Part shown: piece after piece, positions 37,501 through 48,820 of the stretch
Layout of the letters: every line of letters begins with the position of its first letter
Numbering within the stretch: position 1 is the first letter of the stretch
Assembly (NCBI GenBank): GCA_963825525.1
Contig: CAWGTN010000002.1
Span: forward strand, 1,184,001 to 1,248,000
Source: an uncultured Chloroflexia bacterium
GTDB lineage: Bacteria > Chloroflexota > Limnocylindria > QHBO01
Direction of reading: 5' to 3'
DNA: 64,000 nt
Notes under the pieces: generated by a model
Seen by the model: only the letters and a program-made list of their open reading frames with translations
The model's database searches: none
What the model was told of the DNA's origin: nothing
Translations under genes and position numbers: made by a program

Positions 37501-38932
37501 CGATCAATTCGACGAAGCTCTCGCGCGTCGCCTGCGCGCCTACGAGGACCACCTGTCGGTCGCCGACGGACCAGCCTCCGCCGGGAGGCCTCGGTCCCGC
37601 GGCGTCGGATGGGCGGTGCTGGCAGGAGGCGGGGCGGCGGCCCTCGCGGCTGGCGCGCTGGCGTTCGCCGTGTTCAACGGGGCGCTAAGCGGTCCCACCG
37701 GTGGGCCATCAACGGCATCCGCATCGCCGTCTCCGTCAGCCTCCGCGGTGCCATCGGAGGTGCCATCGGCCAGCGCCACGTCGGAGCCGTCGGCCCCACC
37801 GGCGAGCAACGCTCCGACGCCGGGGCCGATCACGGGTCTGCCTGACTCTTGGACGGTCTCGGCGCAATTTACCGATCCCGAAGGACGCTACCTGGTGACC
37901 GATCTCGTCGAGTGGTCGGACGAGCTCGTCGCCGTGGGCGCGCGCTGGAGCGCTCCGTCCCAGGGCGTCTACGGACCGCCGCCGGTGCTGGCCGGGACCG
38001 TGTGGCGATCCGGCGACGGCTTGACGTGGACGGACGTGTCACCGGTCGGCCCCGATGAAGGCGAGCAATTGTTCGTCGAACTGTCCCTCGAGCATGTGTT
38101 TGTGACATCGGACGGCTCACTGGTCGTCGTCGGCGAGTCGTGGCCGGAAGCCCGCACCGGGACCCAACCATCGGGATTCGCGTGGGAGACACACGACGGA
38201 GAGACCTGGAATCCGTACGTGTTCACGGGCATGCCGGCCGGTGTCCACGTCCCGCTGATGGAGAGTGGAGCGCGAGGGCACGTGGCCGCAACGCGCGACG
38301 ATGCCGGGATGGCGATCTGGCATTCGCCGGACGGACGGCAATGGGCGAAGGCCCTCGACATCGCATCCGTCGCCGACCTCGGTGCCGGCGACGAGGGGTT
38401 CGCTGCCGTGGTGCGCGACGAGGGCAGCGATTTCCTGGAGGCGCGCATCATCGCGTCGGGCGACGGCCTGACATGGGTGGATGCGGACACTCCATCGGGT
38501 GAGGTGTCGGCCGTCGGCGCCATCGGTCCCGACTGGTTGACAGCGGGCACGGCGTTCGACGGCGACGTGGAAACTGAAAACACAGCCCGGACGTGGACGT
38601 CGGAGAACGCACTGACCTGGAGCGAGATCGTGAGCCTTCGCCTCGGTCGAATCGGTGAGGACCCGCCGTGTCTCGAGACCGTTGGTGGCCTCGAGATCAC
38701 CGGCCCGATCGCGATCTTGACCACGGGTCGGTGCGGGGAGGGCGGCGTGGTCACGGCGGGAAGTGCTTACGGAAGCTTCGATGCCGGAGGTTGGGAGCCG
38801 CTGCCGTTCGGTGACTACGCCCGCGTCAGCGGGATCGCGCGCATCGGCGATCGCCTCGTCGTGGTCACCGACACGCTGACGGGAAACGCGCCGGAGATCG
38901 GCGTGACGTTCTGGGTGGGCGCGCTGCCATGA
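37493..38932 (+). CDS. Putative anti-sigma membrane protein with extracellular beta-propeller (Asp-box-like repeats)
   Basis: Short N-terminal helix, one TM, Ser/Pro linker, repeated W.S.DG.TW motifs; overlaps the sigma stop. Confidence 0.7.
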   Translation: MRDDQFDEALARRLRAYEDHLSVADGPASAGRPRSRGVGWAVLAGGGAAALAAGALAFAVFNGALSGPTGGPSTASASPSPSASAVPSEVPSASATSEPSAPPASNAPTPGPITGLPDSWTVSAQFTDPEGRYLVTDLVEWSDELVAVGARWSAPSQGVYGPPPVLAGTVWRSGDGLTWTDVSPVGPDEGEQLFVELSLEHVFVTSDGSLVVVGESWPEARTGTQPSGFAWETHDGETWNPYVFTGMPAGVHVPLMESGARGHVAATRDDAGMAIWHSPDGRQWAKALDIASVADLGAGDEGFAAVVRDEGSDFLEARIIASGDGLTWVDADTPSGEVSAVGAIGPDWLTAGTAFDGDVETENTARTWTSENALTWSEIVSLRLGRIGEDPPCLETVGGLEITGPIAILTTGRCGEGGVVTAGSAYGSFDAGGWEPLPFGDYARVSGIARIGDRLVVVTDTLTGNAPEIGVTFWVGALP

Positions 38933-38962
38933 TCGGGTGAGGTCCGCGCGTATCATCGGCGG

Positions 38963-40640
<1,678 letters not shown>

Positions 40641-40647
40641 CCGCCTG

Positions 40648-41811
40648 ATGACGAGGCGCTCGGCCGACGAGCCGTTGCCCGGTCCGCCCGATCCATGGGA
40701 GCCGTCGCAGATGCCGGCCTTCCGGGGGAGGGCGCCGTACCTGATGAGCGAGATGATCGCCGCCGAACCGGCCATGGCGGAACGGCTGCTCCATCGCCTT
40801 CCCGCCCAGCCCGGCTTCGAGCAGCTGGTTCTGGAGATCCAGGCTGCCAGGCAGCGTGGGCAGCCGATCATCACCACCGGGTGCGGGACATCCGAGCACG
40901 CGGCAATGGCCGTGGCCGCCCTCCTGAACGAGGCGCTCGACCTGCCGGCCGGGGCAGACATCCACTCCGTCCAGGCGCTGGAGCTGCTCGCCCGCCCGCC
41001 CTCTCGCGGCCTGCTCATCGCGGTCTCCCACGAGGGCGGGACGGCCATGACCAATGCGGCCCTGCGTTCCGCAAGGGATGCGGGTGCCGCCACCGCGCTC
41101 ATCACCGTCGGCCCCGGCTCACCGGGAGCCGAGCTGGCGCAGACTATCGTCACAACCGAGGAGCAGGATCAGAGCTGGTGTCACACGGTCGGCTATCTCT
41201 CGCCGGTCCTCGTCGGGGTGGCGCTGGCCGCCCGACTCGGCGGGCGGAAGCTCGACGTTCTCGGCGTCCGGGCCCTGCTCGACGGCGGGCGTGAGCCGCA
41301 GGCCGCGGCGACGCTCGCTTCGGCGCTGGCCGAGTGCGATCGAATCCTGGTCGCGGGATCGGGCGTCGACCACGTATCGGCCCGTGAGCTGGCCCTGAAG
41401 ATCGCCGAGGGAGCGCATCTGCCCACATCGGCCCACGAACTCGAAACCCTCCTCCACGGACACCTCGCCGCAGCCACGCGCTGGACGGGGTTGGTCCTGG
41501 TGATGGCGGGGTCGGCCCCGAGCGCCGCGGTCCGAGAGCGCGGCGCGGCACTGCTGGCAGCCGCCGCCGCATTGTCGATCCCGACGGCAGCAATCCTGTC
41601 CGCCGCGGTTGCCGCGACCATTTCATCCGACGCGACGCCGGCCGGCCGGGTCGTCCTGCCACGAGAGGGAAGGATGCCCGGGTCGACCCCCGCGCTGCTC
41701 GGCGCGGCAATGGCGCTTCAGCTGATCACCGAACGCCTGGCGCGCACGAGGAATATCAACCCCGACACGCTGGGTCGTGAGGATGTAGCGCAGGCCGCCG
41801 CCCACGCCTGA
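40648..41811 (+). CDS. SIS domain (GlmS/AgaS-like) sugar-phosphate isomerase protein
   Basis: TGCGTSEHAA, AVSHEGGT, ELALKIAEG, HGH, RNINPD. Confidence 0.8.
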   Translation: MTRRSADEPLPGPPDPWEPSQMPAFRGRAPYLMSEMIAAEPAMAERLLHRLPAQPGFEQLVLEIQAARQRGQPIITTGCGTSEHAAMAVAALLNEALDLPAGADIHSVQALELLARPPSRGLLIAVSHEGGTAMTNAALRSARDAGAATALITVGPGSPGAELAQTIVTTEEQDQSWCHTVGYLSPVLVGVALAARLGGRKLDVLGVRALLDGGREPQAAATLASALAECDRILVAGSGVDHVSARELALKIAEGAHLPTSAHELETLLHGHLAAATRWTGLVLVMAGSAPSAAVRERGAALLAAAAALSIPTAAILSAAVAATISSDATPAGRVVLPREGRMPGSTPALLGAAMALQLITERLARTRNINPDTLGREDVAQAAAHA

Positions 41812-42897
41812 TCAGCCGCGCCTGAGAAGCTCGAACAGGCGGACGTAGAAGCGAAGGTTGTGCAACGTGGCGAGCCGTTCCGCGGAGACATCCCCCACCT
41901 TGAAGAGGTGATGGAGATAGGCGGCGGAGTGCTTCGCGCACAGCGGGCAGTCGCATCCGTCCTCGACCGGCATATGGTCCACGCGGTACTCCGGGTCATG
42001 GATACGCACCGCGCGGTAGAAGTGGTCCCCTGACGACGGCGCCCGATCGGCCCAGCCGGTTCGAAAGGCATACAGCCGCCCATGCCGCGCATCGCGCGTC
42101 GGCAGGGCGCAGTCGAAGATCGAGTAGCCCAGCTCGAATGCCGTGACGACGTGGTCAGGCCGGCCGATGCCGAGGGCGTGCTTGGGGGCTTCGGGTGGCA
42201 GGGATTGCGCGACCCAGCCCAATGGGTCGGCGAGGAGCGCACTGTCGGCGTCGAGTGGCCAGCCGCCGAAGCCATAGCCGTCGAACCCGATCGACGCCAG
42301 CTCGGTTGCGCACTGCCGCCTCAGAACCTCGGATCCCCCGCCCTGGACGACCGCGAAGATCTGCGGCGGATCGTCGAGCTTGCGCTCCGCGACCTGCCGA
42401 TCAAACTCCTCGCGGCTCCGCCGTGCCCAGCGCACGGTCCGCTCGACCGACCGTTCCTGCTCGGCCTCTGGCGCATCGGCGTCCGTGCAGTCGTCCAGGC
42501 AGACCGCGATGTCGCTGCCGAGCTGAAACTGGAGGCCGATGATCCGTTCGGGCGTCAGGTTCCACTTCTCGCCGGTCGATGGCTCGCGGAAGATGACCTC
42601 GTTGTCGCGGATGACCCCGCGGTTCGGATCCTGGCGGATGAGGCTCCAGACCTGGAAGCCGCCCGAGTCGGACAGGATCGGCCCATCCCAGTCCATGAAG
42701 CGATGGATCCCGCCTGCCGACTGGATGACCCGCGCCCCCGGCCGCCGCAGGAGATGGAAGGCGTTGACGACCAGGGCCTCGATGCCGACGCGCCGCAGAT
42801 CGTCGCTGGATACGGCGCGCACGCCGGCCCGGGTGGCATCGGGCAGGAAGGTCGGCACCGCCAGGGCTCCGCGTCGTGAGACGAGCCGTTCAGCCAC
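41812..42897 (-). CDS. tgt: tRNA-guanine transglycosylase (divergent)
   Basis: DSGGFQ, LDDC, VVQGG, FDCALPTRDARHG, Zn site CDCPLC...HNL. Confidence 0.88.
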   Translation of the reverse strand: MAERLVSRRGALAVPTFLPDATRAGVRAVSSDDLRRVGIEALVVNAFHLLRRPGARVIQSAGGIHRFMDWDGPILSDSGGFQVWSLIRQDPNRGVIRDNEVIFREPSTGEKWNLTPERIIGLQFQLGSDIAVCLDDCTDADAPEAEQERSVERTVRWARRSREEFDRQVAERKLDDPPQIFAVVQGGGSEVLRRQCATELASIGFDGYGFGGWPLDADSALLADPLGWVAQSLPPEAPKHALGIGRPDHVVTAFELGYSIFDCALPTRDARHGRLYAFRTGWADRAPSSGDHFYRAVRIHDPEYRVDHMPVEDGCDCPLCAKHSAAYLHHLFKVGDVSAERLATLHNLRFYVRLFELLRRG

Positions 42898-43684
42898 GGA
42901 GCGTGACCACCGCGATGAGCTCGTTGGGAACCGAGACCTCGGTCACGTCGACCACACGCGACGAGGCCGCAAGCAGCCTCTCGAGGCGATCCCGATACGC
43001 GCGCTCCATGCCTCGACCTCGACCGCCGAGGGAGCGCGTCGTGAAGCTGACGACTGCGTGCCGGACCCGCAGGCCCGCGATGAGCCGGTCCGCCGCCGCC
43101 GGGTCCTGCCGATCGAGGGTTGTGACCAGCTTGAAGAGCAGCCCGACGTCGGCGACGTCGGTCGGGGGACGCGCGACCAGGTCCAGGACCTCGACGCCGC
43201 CGGGCTGGCCGACGAGCTCGAGAAAGGCGGCGACCGTCCGCAGCACGCGCAGGTCAACATCGGATGCGGTAACCCGGGCGTCCGCGGCCAGGCCCATCCA
43301 CGGCAGCGTGAGCGGATTCAGTCCGCATCCGAGGTCCAGCACCGACTTCGGTTGGCCGGTGACGGCCCAGATGGCCGGGTAGAGATCATCGAGGACCGCG
43401 ACACGTTCGCTCGTCGAGGCATGGGCACGGAGGACGCGCACGCAGGCGGCACGGAAGCCGGGATCGGTCAGCTCGCCGCTCCACGCCGCGGCCATGCCCG
43501 CATCGGAGATGGCTCCTCGGAACGCCCCCACAGCCTGGTGGAGCCGCCGCTTCACGCGCTTCACCGTCTCATCCGGCGACCTGGACGGGGCCATCTCGTC
43601 GTCCACCAGCCGACCGAGGAACGCGGGAGCGACGTCACGGTACCGGGAAGATTCGAGCACGCGGTCCACGATCTCGCGCGTCAC
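42890..43684 (-). CDS. 16S rRNA (guanine(1405)-N7)-methyltransferase family (FmrO/ArmA/Rmt-like)
   Basis: SRYRDV, VKRRLHQAVGAF, HASTSER, SAM motif VLDLGCGLNPL, LLFKLVTTLDRQ, VVSFTTRSLGGRGRGM..Y, NEL. Confidence 0.85.
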   Translation of the reverse strand: MTREIVDRVLESSRYRDVAPAFLGRLVDDEMAPSRSPDETVKRVKRRLHQAVGAFRGAISDAGMAAAWSGELTDPGFRAACVRVLRAHASTSERVAVLDDLYPAIWAVTGQPKSVLDLGCGLNPLTLPWMGLAADARVTASDVDLRVLRTVAAFLELVGQPGGVEVLDLVARPPTDVADVGLLFKLVTTLDRQDPAAADRLIAGLRVRHAVVSFTTRSLGGRGRGMERAYRDRLERLLAASSRVVDVTEVSVPNELIAVVTLRG

Positions 43685-44511
43685 CGCCCGCGCGCTGCCA
43701 GCACGAGGGCGTACGCGTCCCGCTTCGACAGCCCGTGACGCTGGATCAACAGCTCCTGGACGGCGCGCGATGGCGTGTCGTGCGACAGAAGCAGGTTGGC
43801 ATCGGCAGTGGCCGCATCGACCGAGGGCGAGCGATCGAGCGCCCCACCGACCAGCAGCGTGCACTCACCCCGAATGTCGCCCTCGCGCTCGAGGCCCTCG
43901 ATGAGGGCGGAAACCGAGGCTCGCTGATAGTTCTCGTGTGACTTCGTGATGCTGCGGGCCAGGCAGGCGGGGCGATCGCCAAGCACCGAGAGTACGTCGC
44001 CCAGCGTGGCCACCAGACGTCGGGGCGCCTCGAAGGCGATCAATGTCGCCGGATCGTCGCGCAGCGCCGCGAGCGCCGATCGTCGCGCGGCCGACGTGCG
44101 CGGCAGGAAGCCGATGAAGCGGAACGGATGAGGCGGCAGGCCGGAGACAGCCAGGGCGGTGGTCACGGCGGATGCGCCCGGGAGGCTGGTCACCTCCACC
44201 CCGGCCTCGAGGGCGGCACGTACGAGCCGATAGCCGGGATCGCTCACGAGCGGCGTTCCGGCATCGGACACCAGGGCCACGTCTTCGCCCGCCACCAGGC
44301 GCGCGACCAGCTCGCGGGCCCGGCCCTCCTCGTTGTGATCGTGGTAGCTGACCGCCGGCGTCTCGATACCGTGCCGCCGCGCCAGGGTTCGGAAGTGCCG
44401 CGTATCCTCGGCGGCCACCACGCCGACCGCGCTGAGGGTGGCGATGGCGCGCAGGGTGAGGTCGTCGGGATTTCCGATCGGAACGGCCACGACGAAGAGT
44501 CGCCCGCTCAC
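43681..44511 (-). CDS. rsmI: 16S rRNA (cytidine(1402)-2'-O)-methyltransferase
   Basis: VPIGNPDDLTLRA, AAEDTRH, LVSDAGTPLVSDPG, PGASA, FIGFLP, FEAPRRL, RGECTL. Confidence 0.94.
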   Translation of the reverse strand: MSGRLFVVAVPIGNPDDLTLRAIATLSAVGVVAAEDTRHFRTLARRHGIETPAVSYHDHNEEGRARELVARLVAGEDVALVSDAGTPLVSDPGYRLVRAALEAGVEVTSLPGASAVTTALAVSGLPPHPFRFIGFLPRTSAARRSALAALRDDPATLIAFEAPRRLVATLGDVLSVLGDRPACLARSITKSHENYQRASVSALIEGLEREGDIRGECTLLVGGALDRSPSVDAATADANLLLSHDTPSRAVQELLIQRHGLSKRDAYALVLAARGR

Positions 44512-44595
44512 GCTGAGATGCCGTCCATGGCTTGGAGCGTACCAGTCGCGGCGTGGAGTCCGGCAGTCGGCCACGGGCGCAGCTACGATCTGGAC

Positions 44596-45510
44596 GTGCC
44601 GGGACTGATTGAATGCGTGCCGAACTTCAGCGAAGGGCGGCGCGGCGACGTGGTCGAGCAGATCGTGCATGCCGTCGCGTCGATCGACGGAGTGACCGTG
44701 CTCGATCACACCCGCGACGTGACCCACAATCGCAGTGTGATCACGTTCGCGGGCAGCGCCGAGCCGGTGGTCAGGGCGGCGACGGCCGCGGTGGGTCGCG
44801 CCCTCGAGCTCATCGACATGTCGCAGCACCAGGGCGCCCACCCGCGCATCGGTGCGGTTGATGTCATCCCCTTCGTTCCGCTCGGACTCACCCGGATCGA
44901 GGAGTGCGTCGATCTGGCGCGTCGCTTCGGCGAGCAGATCGCGAGCCGATTCGACATCCCGGTGTACCTGTATGGCGATGCCGCCCTCCGTCCCGAGCGC
45001 CAGCGCCTGGCCGAGGTCCGGCGCGGCCAGTACGAGGCGATCCGCGACGAGATCGCGACCGTGCCGCATCGCGCCCCGGATTTCGGGCCACTGCGGGTCC
45101 ATCCTCGAGGCGGCGCCGTCGCGGTCGGCGCACGAAAGCCCCTCATCGCCTTCAACGTGAACCTCCGCACCGACGACCTGGCGGTGGCCATCAAGATCGC
45201 GCATCAGATCCGCGAGAGCTCGGGTGGCATGCCGGCGGTCCAGGCCATGGGCATCCTCCTCGAGAATCCCGGCCGGCCGCCGATGGCCCAGGTGAGCACG
45301 AACCTGGTGGACTGGGAGCGCACCGGGATCGCCCAGGTGGTCGGCGAGGTCAGGCGACTCGCGCGCGAGGCAGGGACGGATATCGATCACTGCGAGCTGA
45401 TCGGCCTGGCCCCCACGGGGGCGCTGCTCGAGGTCGCGGCCGACGCTCTCGGCCTCGCGGATTTCAGCGTCGATCAGGCGCTCGAATTGCGACTCGCGCG
45501 CGACCGCTGA
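44596..45510 (+). CDS. ftcD: Glutamate formimidoyltransferase
   Basis: LIECVPNFSEGR, HNRSVIT, HQGAHPRIGAVDVIPFVP, RRGQYE, GAR.PLIAFNVNL, QVSTNL, ELIGLAP. Confidence 0.93.
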   Translation: MPGLIECVPNFSEGRRGDVVEQIVHAVASIDGVTVLDHTRDVTHNRSVITFAGSAEPVVRAATAAVGRALELIDMSQHQGAHPRIGAVDVIPFVPLGLTRIEECVDLARRFGEQIASRFDIPVYLYGDAALRPERQRLAEVRRGQYEAIRDEIATVPHRAPDFGPLRVHPRGGAVAVGARKPLIAFNVNLRTDDLAVAIKIAHQIRESSGGMPAVQAMGILLENPGRPPMAQVSTNLVDWERTGIAQVVGEVRRLAREAGTDIDHCELIGLAPTGALLEVAADALGLADFSVDQALELRLARDR

Positions 45511-45639
45511 TTCAACCGGTGCGCGTGCGCACCGGGTGCCCGCTCGGTCTGGCAAGGCACATGCATTGGACGTCGGTACCAGGGGGGATGCAACACCGGA
45601 CACAACGACGATGCAGCGAGAAAGACGCCCAAGGTATCG

Positions 45640-45810
45640 ATGAAGCCCACCGCCCGGACGGCTGCCCACAGCCGCCCCAACCGCCTGCTGATTGCCCTCG
45701 CGGCGGCCTGGATGATCCTCTCCCTCGCCATCGGCGGCGCCGTGAACGCGGGTTCGAGCCCGACAGGCGTCACGACCACCTCCGCGATCAGCGAGACCGT
45801 CCAGCCCTGA
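45640..45810 (+). CDS. Small single-TM/secreted protein (56 aa)
   Basis: MKPTARTAAHSRPNRLLIALAAAWMILSLAIGGAVNA...; basic N-terminus then a hydrophobic helix; below the ORF-track cutoff. Confidence 0.5.
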   Translation: MKPTARTAAHSRPNRLLIALAAAWMILSLAIGGAVNAGSSPTGVTTTSAISETVQP

Positions 45811-45848
45811 ACTCGGGCCCCGTGGCGTCGCGCTAGACTCGACGCCCC

Positions 45849-47501
45849 ATGAGCCTCCGGACCGACTTGACGCGAGCACTCGCCGATGCGCGAGACCGTG
45901 CCCTTGAGCGCGAGGGCTGGTCGGTGGCCGAGGGTCGGAGCCTCCCCGCCGTCGGCCTTGAACATCCGGCCAAGCCGGAGCACGGAGACTGGGCAAGCAA
46001 CGTGGCCATGCAGCTCGCCCCGGTCGTGCGCAGTTCACCGATGAGGATTGCCGAGGCGATCATCGCGAACTTTGAACCGACGCCGGCCGTGGCCGCCATC
46101 GAGTCCGCACCCCCGGGATTCCTCAACCTCAGGCTCGATCCGGGATGGGTCGCCGCGCAGGTTGGGCCGATCCGCGAGTCCGGACCCTCCTTCGGGCGGG
46201 CGACGATCGCGGAGCCACTCAACGTCAACGTCGAGTTCGTGAGCGCGAATCCCACCGGACCGCTGACGGTCGGCAACGCCCGCGGGGCATTCGTGGGTGA
46301 CGTGCTCAGCCGCGTGCTCGAGGCCGCCGGTCATCGCGTGACGCGTGAGTACTACTTCAACGACTACAACGAGCAGATCCGAAACCTGGGTCTCACCCTG
46401 CTGGCCGTTCGGCACGGCGAACCGGTCCCACCCGACGGGTATCACGGCGAGTACGTCAACGACCTCGCAGCGGCCGTGCCGGACGATGTCTGGAAGGCGG
46501 CCGCAGGCCCGGACGCCGATGCCGGTGAGATCCTCGGTCGATGGGCCTCGGATCGCGTCCGAAGCGGGATCGAGTCCAGCCTCGAGCACCTTGGGGTCAC
46601 CTTTGACGTGTGGACGAGCGAGGGGGCGCTTCACGCCGCGGGATGGGTCGAGCGTGGCATCGAACAGCTTCGCGCGGCCGGTCACATGTACGACGCCGAC
46701 GGGGCACTCTGGTTCCGCTCGACCGAATTCGGCGACGACAAAGATCGTGTCGTGATCCGCTCGAATGGACGCCCGACCTATTTTGCGGCGGACATCGGCT
46801 ATGTCGCGGAGAAGTTCAGCCGCGGATTCGATGAGCTCATCTACGTCTGGGGCGAAGACCATCACGGTACCGTCGCGCGCAACCGAGCCGCAGCCGTCGG
46901 GCTCGGCTTCAACGCCGATGCGGTGCGCTGGCCGCTGATCGCGTGGGTGCGCTTCGTGCGCGACGGCGTCGAGATCCCGATGAGCAAGCGAGCCGGGGAG
47001 TTCATCACCCTCGATGAGCTCCTCGCCGAGGTCGGAGTGGACGCCGCGCGCTGGTACTTCAGCTCACGCGCCTACACGACCGGCATCGACTTCGACCTCG
47101 AGCTCGCCAAGAAGCAGAGTAACGAGAATCCCGTGTACTACGTGCAGTACGCGCACGCGCGCGCTTCCTCGATCCTGCGCCTTGGCGCCGATGCTGGTCT
47201 CCGGCCCGACCCGTCGAACTCCGGTGCGTTGCTTCGGCACCCGTCCGAGCAGGCCCTGATCCATCAGCTGTTGGACTTCCCCGCCGCGTTGGCCACGGCC
47301 GCGGAGCGCCGCGAGACCCACGAGGTGCCCCGCTACTGCTACGAAGTCGCATCGGCGTTTTCGGCGTTCTATCGCGACTGCAAGGTGCTCACCGATGACA
47401 CGGCACTGTCCGGCGCCCGCCTGGCGCTGGTGGACGCCACGCGCGCGGTGCTCGCCAACGGCCTCGACCTGCTCGGAATCTCCGCCCCGGAGTCGATGTA
47501 G
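45849..47501 (+). CDS. argS: Arginine--tRNA ligase
   Basis: HGDWASNVAM, VEFVSANPTGPL, DDKDRV, MSKRAG, NPVYYVQYAHAR, LGISAPESM. Confidence 0.97.
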   Translation: MSLRTDLTRALADARDRALEREGWSVAEGRSLPAVGLEHPAKPEHGDWASNVAMQLAPVVRSSPMRIAEAIIANFEPTPAVAAIESAPPGFLNLRLDPGWVAAQVGPIRESGPSFGRATIAEPLNVNVEFVSANPTGPLTVGNARGAFVGDVLSRVLEAAGHRVTREYYFNDYNEQIRNLGLTLLAVRHGEPVPPDGYHGEYVNDLAAAVPDDVWKAAAGPDADAGEILGRWASDRVRSGIESSLEHLGVTFDVWTSEGALHAAGWVERGIEQLRAAGHMYDADGALWFRSTEFGDDKDRVVIRSNGRPTYFAADIGYVAEKFSRGFDELIYVWGEDHHGTVARNRAAAVGLGFNADAVRWPLIAWVRFVRDGVEIPMSKRAGEFITLDELLAEVGVDAARWYFSSRAYTTGIDFDLELAKKQSNENPVYYVQYAHARASSILRLGADAGLRPDPSNSGALLRHPSEQALIHQLLDFPAALATAAERRETHEVPRYCYEVASAFSAFYRDCKVLTDDTALSGARLALVDATRAVLANGLDLLGISAPESM

Positions 47502-47503
47502 CC

Positions 47504-48820
47504 TCAGCTCGCCGCGTTGACCGTTCGCGTGACGAGCTCGTCAGTCGTCGCGTGGACAACCAGGATGTCGCCATCGGGCAGCTCGATGACCGTCGCGGCG
47601 AAATCGAACGTTGAGATGACCGATTCATAGGCCGTGATGAACTCGGTGGCGTCGGTGGCCGTGTCCCAGCTCAGGCGCCACAACGCGGCGAACTCGTCGT
47701 CCGGACCTGCGGCGACCACCACTCGATCACCACCCCACCCGGCGGCCGCCTCCCGGGCTTCGACGGGGGAGGTTCCAAAGTGCTCGAGCATGATGGCGAT
47801 CGTCGCCTGTCCGATCGGGGTTGCGTCCACGTCGCGCCACCCCGTGCCAAGCGCCCCCGCCAGGTCGACTGGGTCGATCTCGTCCGGACCCTCCCGTGGT
47901 TCCCACTTATCGACATCGATCACCTGCTCCGTGCTGTCGGGTGGATCGGCGAACGCCGCGTCCAGCTCGGTGAAGTCGGGCCGGGTCGGATCGCCACCGG
48001 CCAGGACGGTCGTCCAGTTGAGGCCGGCCTCGTACGGGAACGCGAGCTGCGCGACCATCCAGGACGGGATGCCGGTGGTATCGGGGATGTCGACGCTGCC
48101 GAAGTACTCGAGAATCTCGGACTGGCTGAGGTTCTGAAGCATCCAGGCCAGCATCGTCACCGTGGCATCGCCCTCGATCAGTGCCGTCCGAGCAAGTCCC
48201 CGGTCGTCCTCCCCGGGCACATCGATCTCGAGGCTGTCGAGGTCGAACGCGGCGTCCTGCAGCGCGTGGGTGTACTCGTGTGCGTACGTGATCCGAGCCG
48301 CCACGTCGAGGCCGGCATCCGACACCACCACCATCCGCCGCTCGATGTCGTCGTAGAAGCCGAGCACCTGGTCACCGAGCAGCTCGAGCTGAAGCTCGGC
48401 AACGTCCTCGTCGGGGGCCAGCAGTCCGAGGGCGCGAAGGGTGAGATTGTCCCGGTCACGTTCGTCCTGCGGATACTGCTCGTCGAACAGGGTCCTGAGT
48501 TCGACGGCCAGCTCCTCCCGGCTGATGATCTCCGCGGGGCCGATGTCCGGCGCCGGGAGGCCCCGGATGGCAATCACCTGCTCCTCGATATCCGCAAGGA
48601 TCTGCATCACCTCCGCATCGGTTGGGGCGGACCCGGCGGGGACGACGGACGGGGTCGGCGTGCTCGGCAGCGAGGGGGCCGATGGATCCGCACTGGCGGA
48701 CGACCCGGGGGATGGACCCTCGGCAATGCCGGCGCCGCCGGCCGACAGGCCGAGCACCAGCACGGCGATCACGACGAGGATGGCCACCAGGATCGAGACG
48801 AGGCGTTGCGGGGTCGACAT
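47504..48820 (-). CDS. Membrane-anchored putative zinc metallopeptidase
   Basis: N-terminal TM, Ser/Pro linker, GFYD, HEYTHALQD (HExxH), EGDAT, FPY, GWGGDR. Confidence 0.75.
   Translation of the reverse strand: MSTPQRLVSILVAILVVIAVLVLGLSAGGAGIAEGPSPGSSASADPSAPSLPSTPTPSVVPAGSAPTDAEVMQILADIEEQVIAIRGLPAPDIGPAEIISREELAVELRTLFDEQYPQDERDRDNLTLRALGLLAPDEDVAELQLELLGDQVLGFYDDIERRMVVVSDAGLDVAARITYAHEYTHALQDAAFDLDSLEIDVPGEDDRGLARTALIEGDATVTMLAWMLQNLSQSEILEYFGSVDIPDTTGIPSWMVAQLAFPYEAGLNWTTVLAGGDPTRPDFTELDAAFADPPDSTEQVIDVDKWEPREGPDEIDPVDLAGALGTGWRDVDATPIGQATIAIMLEHFGTSPVEAREAAAGWGGDRVVVAAGPDDEFAALWRLSWDTATDATEFITAYESVISTFDFAATVIELPDGDILVVHATTDELVTRTVNAAS

Noticed and set aside
44512-46038. Apparent 785-aa RsmI fusion in the ORF track
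   Set aside because: The extension is antisense to ftcD and argS; RsmI homology begins at 44511.
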